From: Curvularia clavata | Taxonomy: Eukaryota | DNA length: 64,000 nt | Reading direction: 5' to 3' | NCBI GenBank assembly: GCA_023920165.1 | Contig: CP089280.1 | Span: 1,116,001 to 1,180,000 of the forward strand | Shown here: positions 21,591 to 35,806 of the stretch, piece by piece | Layout of the letters: each line of letters starts with the position of its first letter | Numbering within the stretch: the first letter of the stretch is position 1 | The notes under the pieces: model-generated | What the model was told of the DNA's origin: nothing | The model's database searches: none | What the model saw: only the letters and a program-made list of their open reading frames with translations | Translations under genes and position numbers: made by a program

Positions 21591-23462
21591 CTACAATGCG
21601 TTGTGTCGGTGGACGCTGCTGTTCTTGCTCCAGCGGCGGAATGTCTTACCCTTCCACCAGAACAGGATACCAAAGAGGCACCAGAGTGTGATCAGCGCTG
21701 CGTTGGTCATGATGGGCGAAATGAAGCTAGTTTCTGTTAGCGGACGATAATCAAATATTAGATTGGCAAACTTACCCATCGCTGATAGTCCATGGGGTGA
21801 TGAACTTTCCAAGTCCATAGCCCCAGAGATTCTTGTTGACGGTGATAGCGACGAACAGCGATCCTGCTACGGGCTTGTAGGAGTCGACAGCGTAAGTGCT
21901 GACAATACCTGGCAGGGCAGCGACTTGGATACCGGCGCATGTATATCCGACGATAACGATGACCTCCCATGCCCACTTGCGCTCGTAGCCAACTGCCACG
22001 ACAATGTTTCCAATCAGCATAATTATAACATAGGGTATCATGGCCGGCAAACGCATCTCAGGCTCACGGATACCGTTGTTCTTCTTCGTGCTTCGTGCCG
22101 ACACCCAATCACTGAGTGGTCCGGCGGTGACGAGACCAATGAGACCGCCAACAACAACGGCGAAGTTGGTGAAACCAACTTTAACGGGCTTGAAGTTGTA
22201 TGGCGGGGCAGCCAGTACTTGACTTTGTGTGAGATTGATGGTGAGAAAACTTGAGCATGACCAGCTGACGACGAAAGCCGCAAATTCGACAATCGGGAAG
22301 GCAAACAGCTTCCATGGAACCCAGAGGTCAAGGAATATGGTACGGAAAGGATTCGCGTTGGGTTGGAATAGTTTCCACTGCCATTTGGACGGTTTGCCAC
22401 GGCCAAGGTATGGGTCACGCTGTGCGGTTTCGCTGTGGCCGAGTTCCTTGGTGTCCGCTGGAGTAGAAATTGCAGTGTTGACTTGCTGGATATCATTGGA
22501 AGCTTTGTCGGACTCTTGCTCGGCATCAGAGGCAATCATCTCTTTCTGAGTTGGTGTTACTGGCTTCTCTTCCACAGAAGCCGGTTTTGCCTGACCATCG
22601 TGCTCGGGCATAAGACGTTTATATCTCGTTTCTGGGAACATGAAGAAGCACATGACGAATGAAAGACCCAATAGGGCAGTGTTGAGCCACCAAAATTCGC
22701 GCCAACCGACTGTCTCAGTCATTGCGCCAGAAATGATAGGACCAACCATGATGGCGCCCATGTATACGATCCAGTACAAGGTATTCCACTTGCCTCGGTC
22801 GTGGAGGAAAAAGATGTCGGCAATGACTTCAGGCATGGTAGTCTCCGCAGGGCCTGCGCCAATACCGTTGACGATACATGCGCCCATGAATGAGCCGTAA
22901 GAGTTTGCTCTGGCGCGCCATATGGACGTTCCAAGGTTTATGAGTTGGGAAGCAAGATAGACTGGGCGACGTCCGAAGGAGGAACTGATGGGAACCCTGA
23001 CATAGTCGTGTTAGTCATCGTACAAGATTGAAGAGACCCGGGGAGCTCACCAAATAAAGTTGCTGAAACCCAAAATCAGAATGCACACTCCGGTAAACTG
23101 AACCGCACCGGCCAAGTCGGTATTAAAGTCTTTTATGAGAGCGGGAAACATGGGCGCAAGAGCCAATGGACCGAATCCTTGACTGAAGGTTGCCATGGCC
23201 GAAGCTGTGATGCAGGCAAACTTCCACCCGGCACTCCAGTTGAGGGGATCATTAGGATCGTCACTGGGCTGAGGTACCAAAACCTGCCGATGTGCGCCTT
23301 TGACAAAGTGATGGGAACCGACATCAGTCATAACCTCTGTACCGGGCAGAATCTCAGTGTGCAGCTCAGCTTCGAGCTGCCGCCGCTCCTAGGCCATGTC
23401 AGCGTTGTTCCCTAGCAGGATAAGCACACAAGTACCTCTTCAGTTGGGTCAATGGACGCCAT
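21591..23462 (-). CDS. MFS transporter (HOL1/DHA1-like), 573 aa
   Basis: Exons 23462-23436, 23388-23051, 22996-21776, 21726-21591 (frames checked). Motifs LVPQPSDDPNDPLNWS, FGRRPV, DIFFLHDRG, FPET, REPEMRL; multiple hydrophobic segments. Confidence 0.88.
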
Positions 23463-26400
23463 GGTCGCGTTGTGCGGAGGAGATGTCTCCACGACCAAGG
23501 TAGCAATAGAGTTCAGCGGACGATGTGATTGACCGGCAGCAGCGTTTCAGCTGTCTTGTTCTTCACAAATGACAAGGAATGCGGCCAAATGGATGCAAAT
23601 CTGTTGCTTCAAAGGGGGGATGTTCAACCGCACTTGTGCAGGTGTAGGTACAAATAGCCATCCATAAGCTGACGGACACTCGGGACCATCTGGCCGCGCC
23701 CAGGTCATGGCGAAACGGCGGCAATGATGCACGGATACGAATACATAGATATCAAAGACGAAAGGGACAACAAGTACGGAGCTAACTCCGCCAGTTCGTG
23801 GGTTTGATTGCTGTGAGTGGTCGGGCCATGCGGCTTATCCAATGTGGTGCATAGACAAGCACCAGCGGCTTTTTTCGCCACGGAGTCAAGCTTTTGGGAT
23901 GCTCGGTTGGCTGGGGCCCTGCTGCGCTACCCATGATGGCTGCGCTGGTCATTCCACGTTGGCCCGAACGGAGGACCGAGCGGATGTAATGTGGCGGCAC
24001 GGCAGATGCAAAGCCAGGCGCTTATTGGATCCTGGGGACGAAAGTGTCACGATGAGCTGGTCTGGAGGCTCTGAAAACCAGTATGGATCGAACGGCAGTT
24101 GGGAGGCGAAGGGCAGCTTGGTAGACTTCTCCGCAGTTGATGATTGCCGAATTGCACTAGCCGACTCTTGTCTGGGGCGCTGATGCGGGGAAAAATGGGG
24201 GCAGCCCTAAGTGCGGTCCAGAGTCTCTACGCCCGACTCAGCGTGGTCCGCTACATACACTACAGCCTGTCTGCACATGCGCTATCCTGTCAAATTTGCT
24301 TGGCCATCATCTCGCCTGCTGTAAGGAAGCAGAAGATGCAGACGCTGGTATGCGGCACAGCGGATGGCGACCAATATGGTAGGTCCCTGGACCTGGAGCC
24401 TGCGCATAGAATACCAGGCGCCGCTGGTTCTAGATGACAGGCAGCTAATTTGACGCAGGAAAACATGTGGCGCAGGGAATGGCCCCTAAAACATCCTTAT
24501 GGCCCGAGGAAGTTCATTTGGTATTAGCCGCGCCTCATGGGCGCATCACTAAGGCTTTGGATCGCATCCAACTCACATGCCTGGAAGTGTCAGCATCATA
24601 CTGGCCTTAACACTGCAAATATACATCACACCCTACCTTTGTGCATGTTTCAGTAGTGCCTTGCTATGTTTCAAGACCCTTCTTTCAACTATACCTCGAA
24701 ACAGCGTTTCCTCCATCCTGTCCAGCCCACCTGACTATCACCACCAAGCCCGGGCCGCAGCTGCCAACCTCCTACCTGCATCTTTGTACCAAGTACATAT
24801 GCAGTGACCGGCGTTGATGCCCTGACAAGCTAGCGCCATCATGCATCCCGTTCCCAGCATCCAGCTCTCAGGATGATGGCTTTCTTCCCCCGCCAATGAC
24901 ATGGCCCCTTTCAGAAGGTGCCAGCGAACCTACGGGACTCGGTTAAATTGTACACTATGAAACAATAAGACATCACATATTGAGGTGATCCGTGACTGAC
25001 TTGCATTTGAGTCGGTACATCTCAACAGAAATTTTTGCAAAGGACAAGAACACGAAAACGACATTGTGCGATAGACATTATTGCTTGGATTTGGAGAAGA
25101 TTTTGTTGCAATTCCGGGGCCCGATGCGGCCAAGAGTTGTACAGGAAATGAAATCGCTCATGGAGGATCCTGTAGCCTTGGAGAATCACATGTGAATGCG
25201 AGACATGTGCTGTGGGTAGTTACTCGGTCGACAGTTTCAAGGCTTTGGAAATTACGGAGTCGTGGCGAAGAACAAGATGCGTGCACGTGACTTTACATCC
25301 AATCTGGTATATGATGTGATCATCTGTACTTCCACTATGTGTTAATCACGTGGTATTTGACTAGTCCCCATCCGTCAGTGCTTTGTACTTCAATCATCTT
25401 GGAGATTGGTCAATCGATTTAAGGGTTTGTGGACTGACGATGTTGTCAACACACCGATGAAACACACGTCTTATTGTCTAGAGTGTATGAAACAATCAGC
25501 TCGAATCTTAACTCAATCATATCACAGAAGATACATCTAGTGGACATTTAAAAAGAGGATTTCAATATACTTCCACGAGTTAGATTGAACATGTCTTGAG
25601 AATAATAAAGTCTCTTGTGCGTTTGACAGCTTCAAGGGAGGGACAAAGGAAATAAGAACGCGATCCCTTATTATCCTCACTCTCACATGTAGGTATCAGT
25701 GTACGTACCTCGGTGTGTTCATGGACTGTCTGATATATATCTTTAAGCTTCCATACTTAAGGAGTACGCGCAAGCTGTCTTCTCAGCTTATGGGCACTAG
25801 GACTTTCCTGGGATCTAAATATGGTATAATACAGTCGCCGGTACGATGCAAAAGAACGTAAGGCTTTTGCTGTGTGTAAACTTTAACAAGACGCGTCATC
25901 CCAGCTCAAAGACAGGGTGTCAATTTGAGTGATTTTGAAGCTAAGCAGATACATAGAATTTCACTGAAGTAGATATTATTCCACTATCGTACGACTGATG
26001 AGGAAGCGCTCTGCACTGTGCTCCTATACCTGCTGCGGTACGTATGTCAGAGAAGCAGTTTCCAGCTTATGCAAGTATCGTCTCTGCTCGAGAATCCAAA
26101 GAGTCAGTTGTGTTGGCTCCATCACCTGCTCGACCAGTCTCCTGACTAAGGCCCGCGGGTAGCATCAAGCCCTCGTAGGGCTTAGTCGCTGATGTTATTG
26201 AGTTGAAAGATAAGCACGCCGCGGAAACATGTTTGGTCGAAAAGAAACAAGGTTTGGCGTGTCTGACAGACTGTCGTCAGCACTACCTTCGGTTGAGAAC
26301 GTGGTATGTGTAAGTACAACGCGAGTGATGTAGAAGGGAGTACCCTTGTCCGAAGTACCGCAATTGCAATCTTATTCCTCGCTGGATTGCGCAGTACTGT

Positions 26401-29070
26401 GACAGTCATGGATCACCCTCTAAATTTGCACCCGAACTTCTCATTGTGCTCAAACGGTTTGCGTTTTCCACCAACCAGAAAAGTTGGCAGACTGGAGATA
26501 TGAACGATTGCCCACGATATGGTGTGTGCGGCGGCTGCCCAGTGCGGTAGTAGTTTGATTCTGACAAGCCCACAGGAATGTGTGGGGATAATGGGGAAAC
26601 ATGTGAAGATCGCTACTACAGCCATCCAATGGCACGAGTATACGTCTACCGAGGCCAATAGCAGCCCCTTAATGAAGTCACTCGCAGGGCAGTAAGAACT
26701 CGACGTTGGTCAGCGCTGTCCGGATGTACGGAGTTCAACCAGTCGGCACATCGAGAATCGGTAGCTGTAACCAGTCCCCTAGTTCCCTGTGAGAGGTAGT
26801 ATGTAGGCAAGGTTTCTTGGAAAAAAGTCACCAATCCTTTAGCCAACATCACAAACGACGTTTCGTCGTGGCCGAAATGCGTTAGTGCCAATACAGGAGG
26901 TCTTTTGTCCTGCTCTTGTTGTCGCAAGATCGTAACATGTATACGGGCCTTCTCTTGTCGCAAAAAACCATACATGTGCATTGGTGCCCGACACCAGTTG
27001 CTTCTACTAGCATGGTTCATGGTGTTGAGTACCTTTGCGAGCCGTGTGGCCTTGCGGAATCCTGATTTCCGACCTTTCCCCGCAAAACCTTGTCCCAAGG
27101 GGGGCATACAATCGAAGCTGTGCCTGTAAGAAGAATGGTTTCATCGAGGTGTCGTTTTGGCAGGCTATTAGCCCAATGTACGTATCCGGGTTGGCGTTGC
27201 TTCACTTCGGCATCGGGAGGCTTGGGTTGAAGAGATCTTCAATGCCACGAGGCCATCTGGGTAGGTACAAGGGCATGCCCCACGAGGATGACAGATACTC
27301 ACGTGTTGCAGCTGACTGGTATCGAATCCACTTTTGATTGACGATAGGGCGAGCTGTCAAGACAGCGTAGTTCGCACGTTTTCGGGAGCTGTGCGACTCT
27401 TTTGGTGTGGGAACTTGCGGATCTTTCACGCGCGAGGCATGGTGTGCGGCAAGAAGAGACTAGCGCCTTGGCAACACCCTTGACCCCTATCGTAGAAGGT
27501 CGCCATGACCCTCTTTGCACGTGGTGCGATACACTGCAACGTAGACGATCTCAATATCAAGTCTGACATATGATAAACGCCTTGAGGCTAACCGTGGGGC
27601 TGGCATCCCATGGCGGTGAGAGAGGTAAGACGGGTTAATCATCCGATGTTTGCATGAAAAGTCCAGGCACACAGTTTGACAACACCACCACCAAAACCCT
27701 GAGACGGAAGTTAAAGAGTTGGCGGCCCGTCTGCAGAGCCAACCACGCCCGTGTATCGTAGAGACATGGCCAGGATAACCCGACTCGCGTGCCGTGCCTC
27801 TGCCGGTTGTTCCCAGCCAGTCACAGGGGTGGATTCAAGGAATAGGCAAAATGTTACCGAGCGCCTGGGATCGCCAGCATACCATACCTTTACTGTCTTC
27901 TCACGCAATCGACCGTTTCTATATCAATAATCTGGCAACATGGCGACTCATTACTATGGAATCCGGCAAGCACGTCAGTGCCATCTGGATCCGCAGTGGC
28001 CCAAGGCCGTGCGCCCTACATTGCATGATGTCGGACGCCTGGTGGCAAGACTGCCAACGCGGACCGGCGGATACCCACTAAGAGACCGGTCCGAGCCTCG
28101 ATTAGTCTTTGCTGTATACCTCTGCGTCCCGTGTATAATAATTTGACAGCATTATATGGCCATACGAGCTGGCAGCAGACTGGGGAAACCAGGAGGAAAC
28201 GGGCTCGATCCCCGAAATCCTCATCTGCGCCTTGTGCACGTCTAGTCGGCAAGATGGGTATTTTGCGTACCGCACCCTGCAGCTCGCTTACACGATCCAC
28301 GAATCGAATCAGCCATGCCCCAGTAGACATTTTCCCTGCGATCCGCCCGGTTCCACTACGTTCCTGCATACGTGTGTTCGCACTGTGCATACTTGCAGAT
28401 CGCTGTGGGCGCTGATTCGCCGACCACATCTGCTTAGAGGCTTGAAGAGGTAATATGTCCAATAGCCCAGCACCCCCTCCAAGTTATTGCACAGCAGCAT
28501 TAGGTCACTGTGCCGTACCAGCCGAAATACTCGTTCGGATCTGAAACAATTCATCCGTTGTACATGGATGGTGACACCATCTGGTTCAAGGACTCCCCTT
28601 TCACCTCACCCGCTCATAATGAAATTGACTTTATCCGCACCGCCGTGAGACTGTGTACCAGTACTTGGCATAGGAACGTCAACCCTCAGCCACGACGCTC
28701 ACGCTGTTTCATTTTTCTGTAGATCCCGGCAGCGGCCGGCATGTAACGCAAGGCGTGCAGAGGCCAGCATCTGTGACTGTCTCATAGTCCTCGCGACTGC
28801 CATAGTTCGAGTCATGAGCCCGCGGAAACTTTTTAGGCAAGGCTGCGATCTGTTGGGATCCCGGAACTATTGGCAGACGCTCCCGTGGAGTGGGTATTTG
28901 GAAAGCGGGGAACGTGCACAAGGGCGCTGGCGGAACATCCATCAACCATGCTCGCACGCCACCAATCGTGATTCAGGGATTTTGACGGCTGAGTGTGAAA
29001 TACTCCATGTCTTCCCCACAGTGTCTTGCAACCTCATCCTCCGGACGCCTCGTGGCCTCACCAGCACACC

Positions 29071-30538
29071 ATGACTGGACCATTATCTGAAAACCCGCGA
29101 GGGCGGGAAGCCGTCATCATCTCTTCCATCTTCACTGGTCTGGCTCTCATCATCGTCATCCTCCGACTTTACACACGGCTCTATATCATTCGAGCTGCTG
29201 GAATAGAAGATTTGGGCATCGCTCTGGCGATGGTGAGTCAATGGATATGTATACGAATGACTAGGCGCATCCACTGACCACTACCAGCTCTGTTCGATAG
29301 GTCTGACCATATGCATTGGCATTCGTACGTACTCTTCCTGTCCTCGCTCTTTGTCACTGTTAACCTAAACTAGAAGCCTGCTATGGAATGGGAAAACACA
29401 TCGCTGATGTTACTCCACGCGACATGACCATCTTCCTAAGGGTAAGAGTATCCCCGCATGCCTTCTTTGACCATACTGATTATTTGTTCTAGGCCTTCTG
29501 GTCCAGTCTAATGGTGTATTACCTGTCTCTTGGGTTGACCAAAGGATCCATGCTTCTCCAGTATCGACGAATCTTCCCACCCAGAGCCTTCCAAATAGCC
29601 AACTGGACTGTCATGGCCGTCGTCATCTGCTACACCTTCTGGACCGTCTTCTCTAGTATCTTTGCCTGCGTTCCTGTCAGAGCATTCTGGACCAAAGAGA
29701 AGGCCAATTGTATCAACCAGTTCGCCATGTGGTTTACCAACGCCGCCATCAACATCTTGACCGATTTCGCCATCATCCTTCTTCCCATACCCGTCATACG
29801 AAGCCTGAATCTGGGCAAAAGACAAAAGATTGGTCTCATCTCGATCTTCGCAGTCGGCGGCTTGTAAGTGGCTTCTCGTGGTTTCTTTTTCCAATATCCT
29901 TGTACGCCAAACGATCTCCTGGTTTCTGGGGTCAGGGGCTACAGTACACCTGCTCATCACATGCCGTGTCCTTTGCACGCTTTTCTCTGATCATTAAGTT
30001 CCTGAAGAAGCTCTGCTAACTGCTGTCTTACAGTGTTTGCATTGTGTCAATCCTACGCCTACAGTCTCTCGTCGCGATATCGAACTCTTCGGACCAAACC
30101 TACGACAACCCACCTGCAGCAACTTGGAGTTCCGTAGAGACCAATGTCGGCATTATTTGCGCTTGTCTCCCACTGCTCAGGCCTCTGTTGACGAAATACT
30201 TCCCCAGAGCGTTCCCTTCACGGCATCGCAGCAATTATTCGCGACCGAACTATGCAGCAACCTTTGGAAGCAAAGGAGGTAGCAAAGCACTGCGCTCGAA
30301 GCAGGGCTATGCACTGGATGTGACAAAGCGCTCACGCGACTCAACGGAGGACGGACGAGACATTCAAGTCGTCACCGACATACACGTACAAGTTGAAGGC
30401 GCCGAAGGCGTACAAATGACTGGATGGAAAACACCAACATCTCATCGACATTGGGACGATGCGTCATCAGCAAAAGACATAGAGACAGCGAGCACCGCCG
30501 AGATGCTCGTTGAGCAGAAGCCACGTACTTCGCGGTAA
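29071..30538 (+). CDS. PTH11-like (fungal rhodopsin-domain, non-CFEM) integral membrane protein, 380 aa
   Basis: Exons 29071-29232, 29288-29324, 29374-29441, 29493-29863, 30034-30538. Motifs LRLYTR, YGMGKH, KGSMLLQYRRIF, CVPVRAFW, NILTDFAIILLPIP, WSSVETNVGIICACLP. Confidence 0.9.
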
Positions 30539-30746
30539 TTTTATATGTTTGCGTTTGTTTACTTTTTTTCTCTTCAAAAGCGATACCATATACTTGTAAC
30601 GAGACCTCACGGCTTATATTAATAGAGCAACTGTACTCTTAATAATCCCGACTGAAAATGTCGAATCCTCGAATTAATTCTCTCAATTCACATGTCTCGA
30701 CAAACTTTGCCTGCCGATTAGATCGAACAGCCGTCCTTGACTCTCA

Positions 30747-30750
<4 letters not shown>

Positions 30751-30804
<54 letters not shown>
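30751..30804 (+). repeat. (AC)27 microsatellite
   Basis: Perfect AC dinucleotide run of 54 bp. Confidence 0.97.
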
Positions 30805-30806
<2 letters not shown>

Positions 30807-33800
30807 CGATGTGATACACGCCTACGACACCCACGCGTAGTCGTCTCCATTTGGGGATTCAAATCCGCGCCTATGATCCCTGTTTGTAACTAGTATGGTA
30901 TGGTACCGAGAACCGAACTAGCGAGCCTATCGGCCGACCTCTAAGATGAATGTCACCCAATCACGCCAATTCGTACGAGTTTTTCCTGCACGGCTTGCAC
31001 GTAATTTCTCGATGGTCCTTCGGCCTGTTGAACCGGGTCAAAGCCTTTGTCACCCTCATCGGCCGGTGGCCTGTCAACCACTGCCCCGGCCCGAGATTTT
31101 ATCCAGGATTGTCTCCCTTCCCTGCCCCTGATCGCTTCCCTCGTATGTAATCTGGGGAGCCGCCCGTGTAAATTCTCCCAAAATTACGTCAAAGCTCTTC
31201 TCCCTTCCAAGGCGCAAATTGCGAGATGAGAGAGCTTGATGTCAAGCCCGACTGGAATTTTGCAGACGGTTATTATCAGGCCACCAGGTGTTTTGCCAGG
31301 GATCCACCACCGCGATGTGAGCCTTACTTGCTACATCATCCGAACGCATAAAGTTTCGCCTCCAAGTCTCAAGTGGCTGTTTGCTAGTGCCCGCTAAACA
31401 AGTGCTCTATTACGGAAGGTATACTTACAAGTAGCTAGACCCCGAAATACTACGCTTTGTTTTTTTTTTTTTTAGGATAGACGGCAAGGGCTGCATATTT
31501 GGACTCAGGGACTCGTCATCACACACACACCTCTGGCAAATGACCTGACCAACAGATTTTGTTTTTCTCACATGTGATGGTTCTCGAATTCCCACCAGAC
31601 TGGTCCTAGCAGAGCTCCGCGGACGCATCTGTGGATCTCTTGCATAAGCTCAAAAATGTCTCAGCCGCAGTCTTTCGTTGCAGGACACCTTTACATCCGT
31701 CTCCACTACACCATGATATGAGCAGGTGGCGCGAAGGCGTCCATCGTCCCTCGTGCCTCTGATAGGGTGCGGCTACCACACCTCCATCAGTTTCCCTGAC
31801 ACTGACACACGTCGCGGGTGCGGGAGATCCGCTTTCGCTGCTCGGATCACGCACCCGCCGCCACCACGCTTTCGATACAGATCTTGTGCAGAGGGTGCGC
31901 GGATCTAATCTTGGTGTGTTTCGAGCTAAACGCCATGCTGCTGTTCCACAGTGCTACTTCCGGGGCGGCTTGGGAGTGGCTATGCCGCATAAAAGCCGCA
32001 ACATTCATCTCTATCTATTACTTGCTCATTGTAGCACAACAGGGTTCGCCGGATGTCTTCCGAGAAAACCAGCACAGCGGAATAGATGGATGTTGATTTT
32101 CTTGTGCAGTCTTTTCAAAAGGCATATTCAATTAAGGGGTGTGGGGAGGCAGAGCGATGACCAACCAGCCAGCCGAGGCACCGAGGAATGGTTCTGGTGT
32201 TTGGTAGATGGCGTTTTGACGATGTCGAGGCTTTGTGGGCCTTGGTTACACGGCCAATTGTGGGTGCTGTGATAACGTTCGTGCTGATTGGAGATGTTGA
32301 TATAGAGGTTCGTAATCAGAAATTGCCTCAGCTGTTCTGGAATTTTTCCTGAAACACCATACCCGATGGCTGAGTGCGGCTACGTTTTTATGATCTCATT
32401 GAGCATGACTACACCGGAATGAACGGACCATTAAACCATTATCTGGTCTCGATGCGTTTGATGGTACGGATTCCAACGTGGCTTTCGCATAACGAAACAC
32501 GCCTCCCGATATCTTCCCTATCTCAATGCGATAATCGCAGATCAGTTGCGAAAACATCGTAACTAGGGTATTCAACCCAGTCGAGACTCAGCAATCAGGT
32601 AGCGAGTGTGATAGAGAAAACAACTATCTGCAATCACAATGTATAATGAAATTACTTCGCATGATTTAGTTAGTTGTTGTGAGTCGTGCTCAATAATATC
32701 TTGCTCATATTCCTCGTACTGTCATTAATCCAAGATGTGAAATAGCAAACGCCCTTTCCTATTTGCTCACCGGGTTTCAAATCTCTAACTACAGACAGTG
32801 ACTTCGTGAATCGCGTATGTAAATGTGCAAAGATTCCGATATAGGCCTAGCTGTGACTGAGGCGATACCTGAAAAACCATAAAACTGTGTCCTAACTCGC
32901 ATGCAACGATTAGGGCTCTAGGTTACTTCTCTCTCATGCCAGGCCGGGAGCCATCAAACTCTACCACGGCCAAGGAATCCTGGCATATGTGACACGTCTC
33001 GTCACCGCCCATCAAAGCTGCGTCAAACTAAGATGGAGAGAAGAAGGTATATCGAAGCCTAGAAAAAATAGCGCCGTTACTAGGCGCGATGTGCCACGGT
33101 GGTGTGACGGAGTATTTGTTATAGTGAGGTTAAGCTTATCCGCACAGCTTGGCTCGAGACTGCTAACACTACTTTGTTCCTGTTGTTCTAAGGGGGTTGT
33201 GATTGAGATTTCTTTTGTTAGGCAACTAAGCCGCGTGTCGCCGGGCACAACGTAGGCCGGTTTCCCTGTACACTTACAGCGAATAGGTTCAAGGGACTAA
33301 CGAACTCTCAGGCAGTGTCGCAAGAACTCTTGTACGCATAACAGAGATTGTCGATAGTTCGATCTGCTCACCCCTTCCAAAGGGAGAGCACAATACACAT
33401 AGCAAGAGATGAATGGCTCATGAGCAGTCCTATATCTTGGCTTCAATCGATGTGAAATCAGCACTTCACTTTGAAGGACATGACACTCAGCAGTGGCATC
33501 ATCTATCGATTCGCGAGAAGGACCGACCCAGTAGCGATACGCATCTCAAACCGCTTCGATTTTAATCCGAAGATACCAGCTCCCACAGGCCACTCACAGA
33601 CTTCCAAACGGTCTGAACAACAAGAAACCACGGCCGATTCGAACATAATACTACGAGTACCATGTATCCCAGATTACGAGCCCTTCTCACCGAGTTTCCG
33701 CTGAGGTCTGCCTGGGAGCTCAAAATGGACAATGGGATGACGTGTAGCACCAGAGTTGGAACAAGGCTGTCAAAGTTTCAGGTGAAGGCATCGAGATCAT

Positions 33801-34788
33801 CGATCTAGTTATCTTCTCTGTCGCACACAGGTTCTTCGCTGTTCTCGTCATCGTTGAGTTTCATATCGTAAGAGGGAAATGCGAAATGTTGTTTTGTAAA
33901 AGGTTGGTAAAAGGGCAGGGAGCATTATGATTGAGAGAGGTTCGGATTTGTCAAGAATGTTTCCGCCAGTCGAACCAAACGTCTGTTTTCTCCAAATGGG
34001 TAATGTTCATCGTCGCATGATGTTTTCCCATGTCCCATCAAGAACTGTTTGCCGCGACTAAGTTTAATCGATCCGATCGAGATATCCCAAGCACAGCAGA
34101 GTTCAAGTGACAGAAAGGGAACCCCTAACATCTCCTGATGCACTGGTATCGTCAGATGCCACAAGCTCGGAGCTGTTTATCACCAGAGCACAAGGCGACT
34201 ATTTTTCACCAGAACCGGGAAATAATAAGTTCACCAAAGTTACACAAGGCAGCTTACCCACTGATCACCAGGGCTAACGCTACTGGTATGGAGACTTCGG
34301 CGGCCTTTAGACCGGCCTTGTCAACGCAGGCCGGCGCCCCACGGCCGTCGGCTCACCAGACATGCAGGTTGGACTGCAGCTGGCAGCTGGATCTGCATCT
34401 TGACCACTGAACAGCGAGCTTTTCACAGCCACGAGATCGGATGGCGGCCGGAGCGAGGCGGGCAAGCAAGTGCAAGAGAGTTGGGCTGAAACAGCAGCGT
34501 TTCAGTCGGTGCTGGCAGACGTTGGTGGGGCAGAAGCTCTATAGGTGCTTGCCCCTCACTCTCACCGCAGTCCCTCTTTCTCTCACTTGAAGGAAAGCAC
34601 TGCTATCTAATGTGAGTTTGCCGTCGCTCTGGCTATTTATACCTGCCTCTTGCTCTCACCTACTGACGATTGTTTCGCTAGCAGTTAATTAATCGCGACA
34701 AGCAAGCAGTTTTCAGCTTATAATCAGCTCTACTCAACAAGACCCATCCCAAACTACGTCAACGACTAAACGACAACACAACTCCACA

Positions 34789-35806
34789 ATGGTTGAGCGT
34801 GCGAACCGCCCTTCTGCGCTGAATGCGCCCGCTGCTACTGGACCCGCGCCCCAGGTCGACATTGTTGGTGAGGGTGGCAGCCAAAAGGTCATTGCTAGAC
34901 TGCCCTCTGGAGAGAGCGTCGAGGTCATGCTCTTTGGAGCTACTGTTACCAGCTGGAAGAGCAATGGCGGACAGACTGAGAACCTGTGGCTGAGCGAGGC
35001 TGCTGACTTGACCGGCAAGAAGCCAGTCAGGGGTGGTATTCCCGTTGTGTTCCCGGTAGGCATTGTCGATCTGGTAGATATGAGGCACACTCCCTAACAG
35101 CTATCGTCAGGTATTCGGCCCACCGCCCAAAGAAGGCCACCCAACCTCTACTCTTCCCCAGCACGGCTTCGCTCGCGCGTCACGATGGGAATTCATGGGC
35201 AAATCCACCGCGGAAGACGCTCTCGACTCCAACTCGGTCAAGCTCGATTTTGGTCTCGATCGCCAGGCACTCAGCGAGGAGTCGCGCAAGGCATGGCCAC
35301 TTGACTTTGGTCTTGTCTACAGTGTCACATTGAGCAAGGATAGCCTGCAGGCAGTGCTCACGGTTCGCAACGAGGGAGAGGAGAGCTTCGAGTTCCAGTT
35401 CCTGCTCCACACCTACTTCAAGATCCAGGACATTTCCAAGATTGCCATTACTGGCCTCTCGGGCACCGAGTACATCGACAAGGTTCTCAACGCCTCGATC
35501 CACACACAGAGCAATAACCAGCTCAAGATCACAGGCGAGGTCGACCGTGTTTACAAGGACATCAAGCAGGACACGACATCGATCGTTGAGGATGGCAAGC
35601 CCCGCTTCGACGTCATCCGCGACAACGTCAAGGACACGGTCACGTGGAACCCGTGGATCGAAAAGGCCAAGGCTATGGGCGACTTCTCGCCTGATGATGG
35701 CTACAAGAACATGGTGTGTGTAGAGGTCGGTGCTGTAGATGGCTGGCAAAAGCTGGAGAAGGGTGAGGTCTGGGAGGGTGGCATGCTGCTCAAGAGCCAT
35801 CTGTAA
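34789..35806 (+). CDS. Glucose-6-phosphate 1-epimerase (aldose epimerase family), 320 aa
   Basis: Exons 34789-35055 and 35111-35806. Motifs GATVTSWK, VRGGIPVVFPVFG, LPQHGFAR, LLHTYF, EVDRVY, WNPW, MVCVE. Ends in KSHL. Confidence 0.92.

Noticed and set aside
21591..23462. MFS as the cluster's siderophore importer (SIT/MirB)
   Set aside because: Its motifs look HOL1/DHA1-like rather than the 14-TM SIT family, and I saw no ATCWGATAA upstream.
30840..30885. GGATTCAAATCC resembling a tRNA T-loop
   Set aside because: Does not match GGTTCRA, and I could not build a cloverleaf around it.
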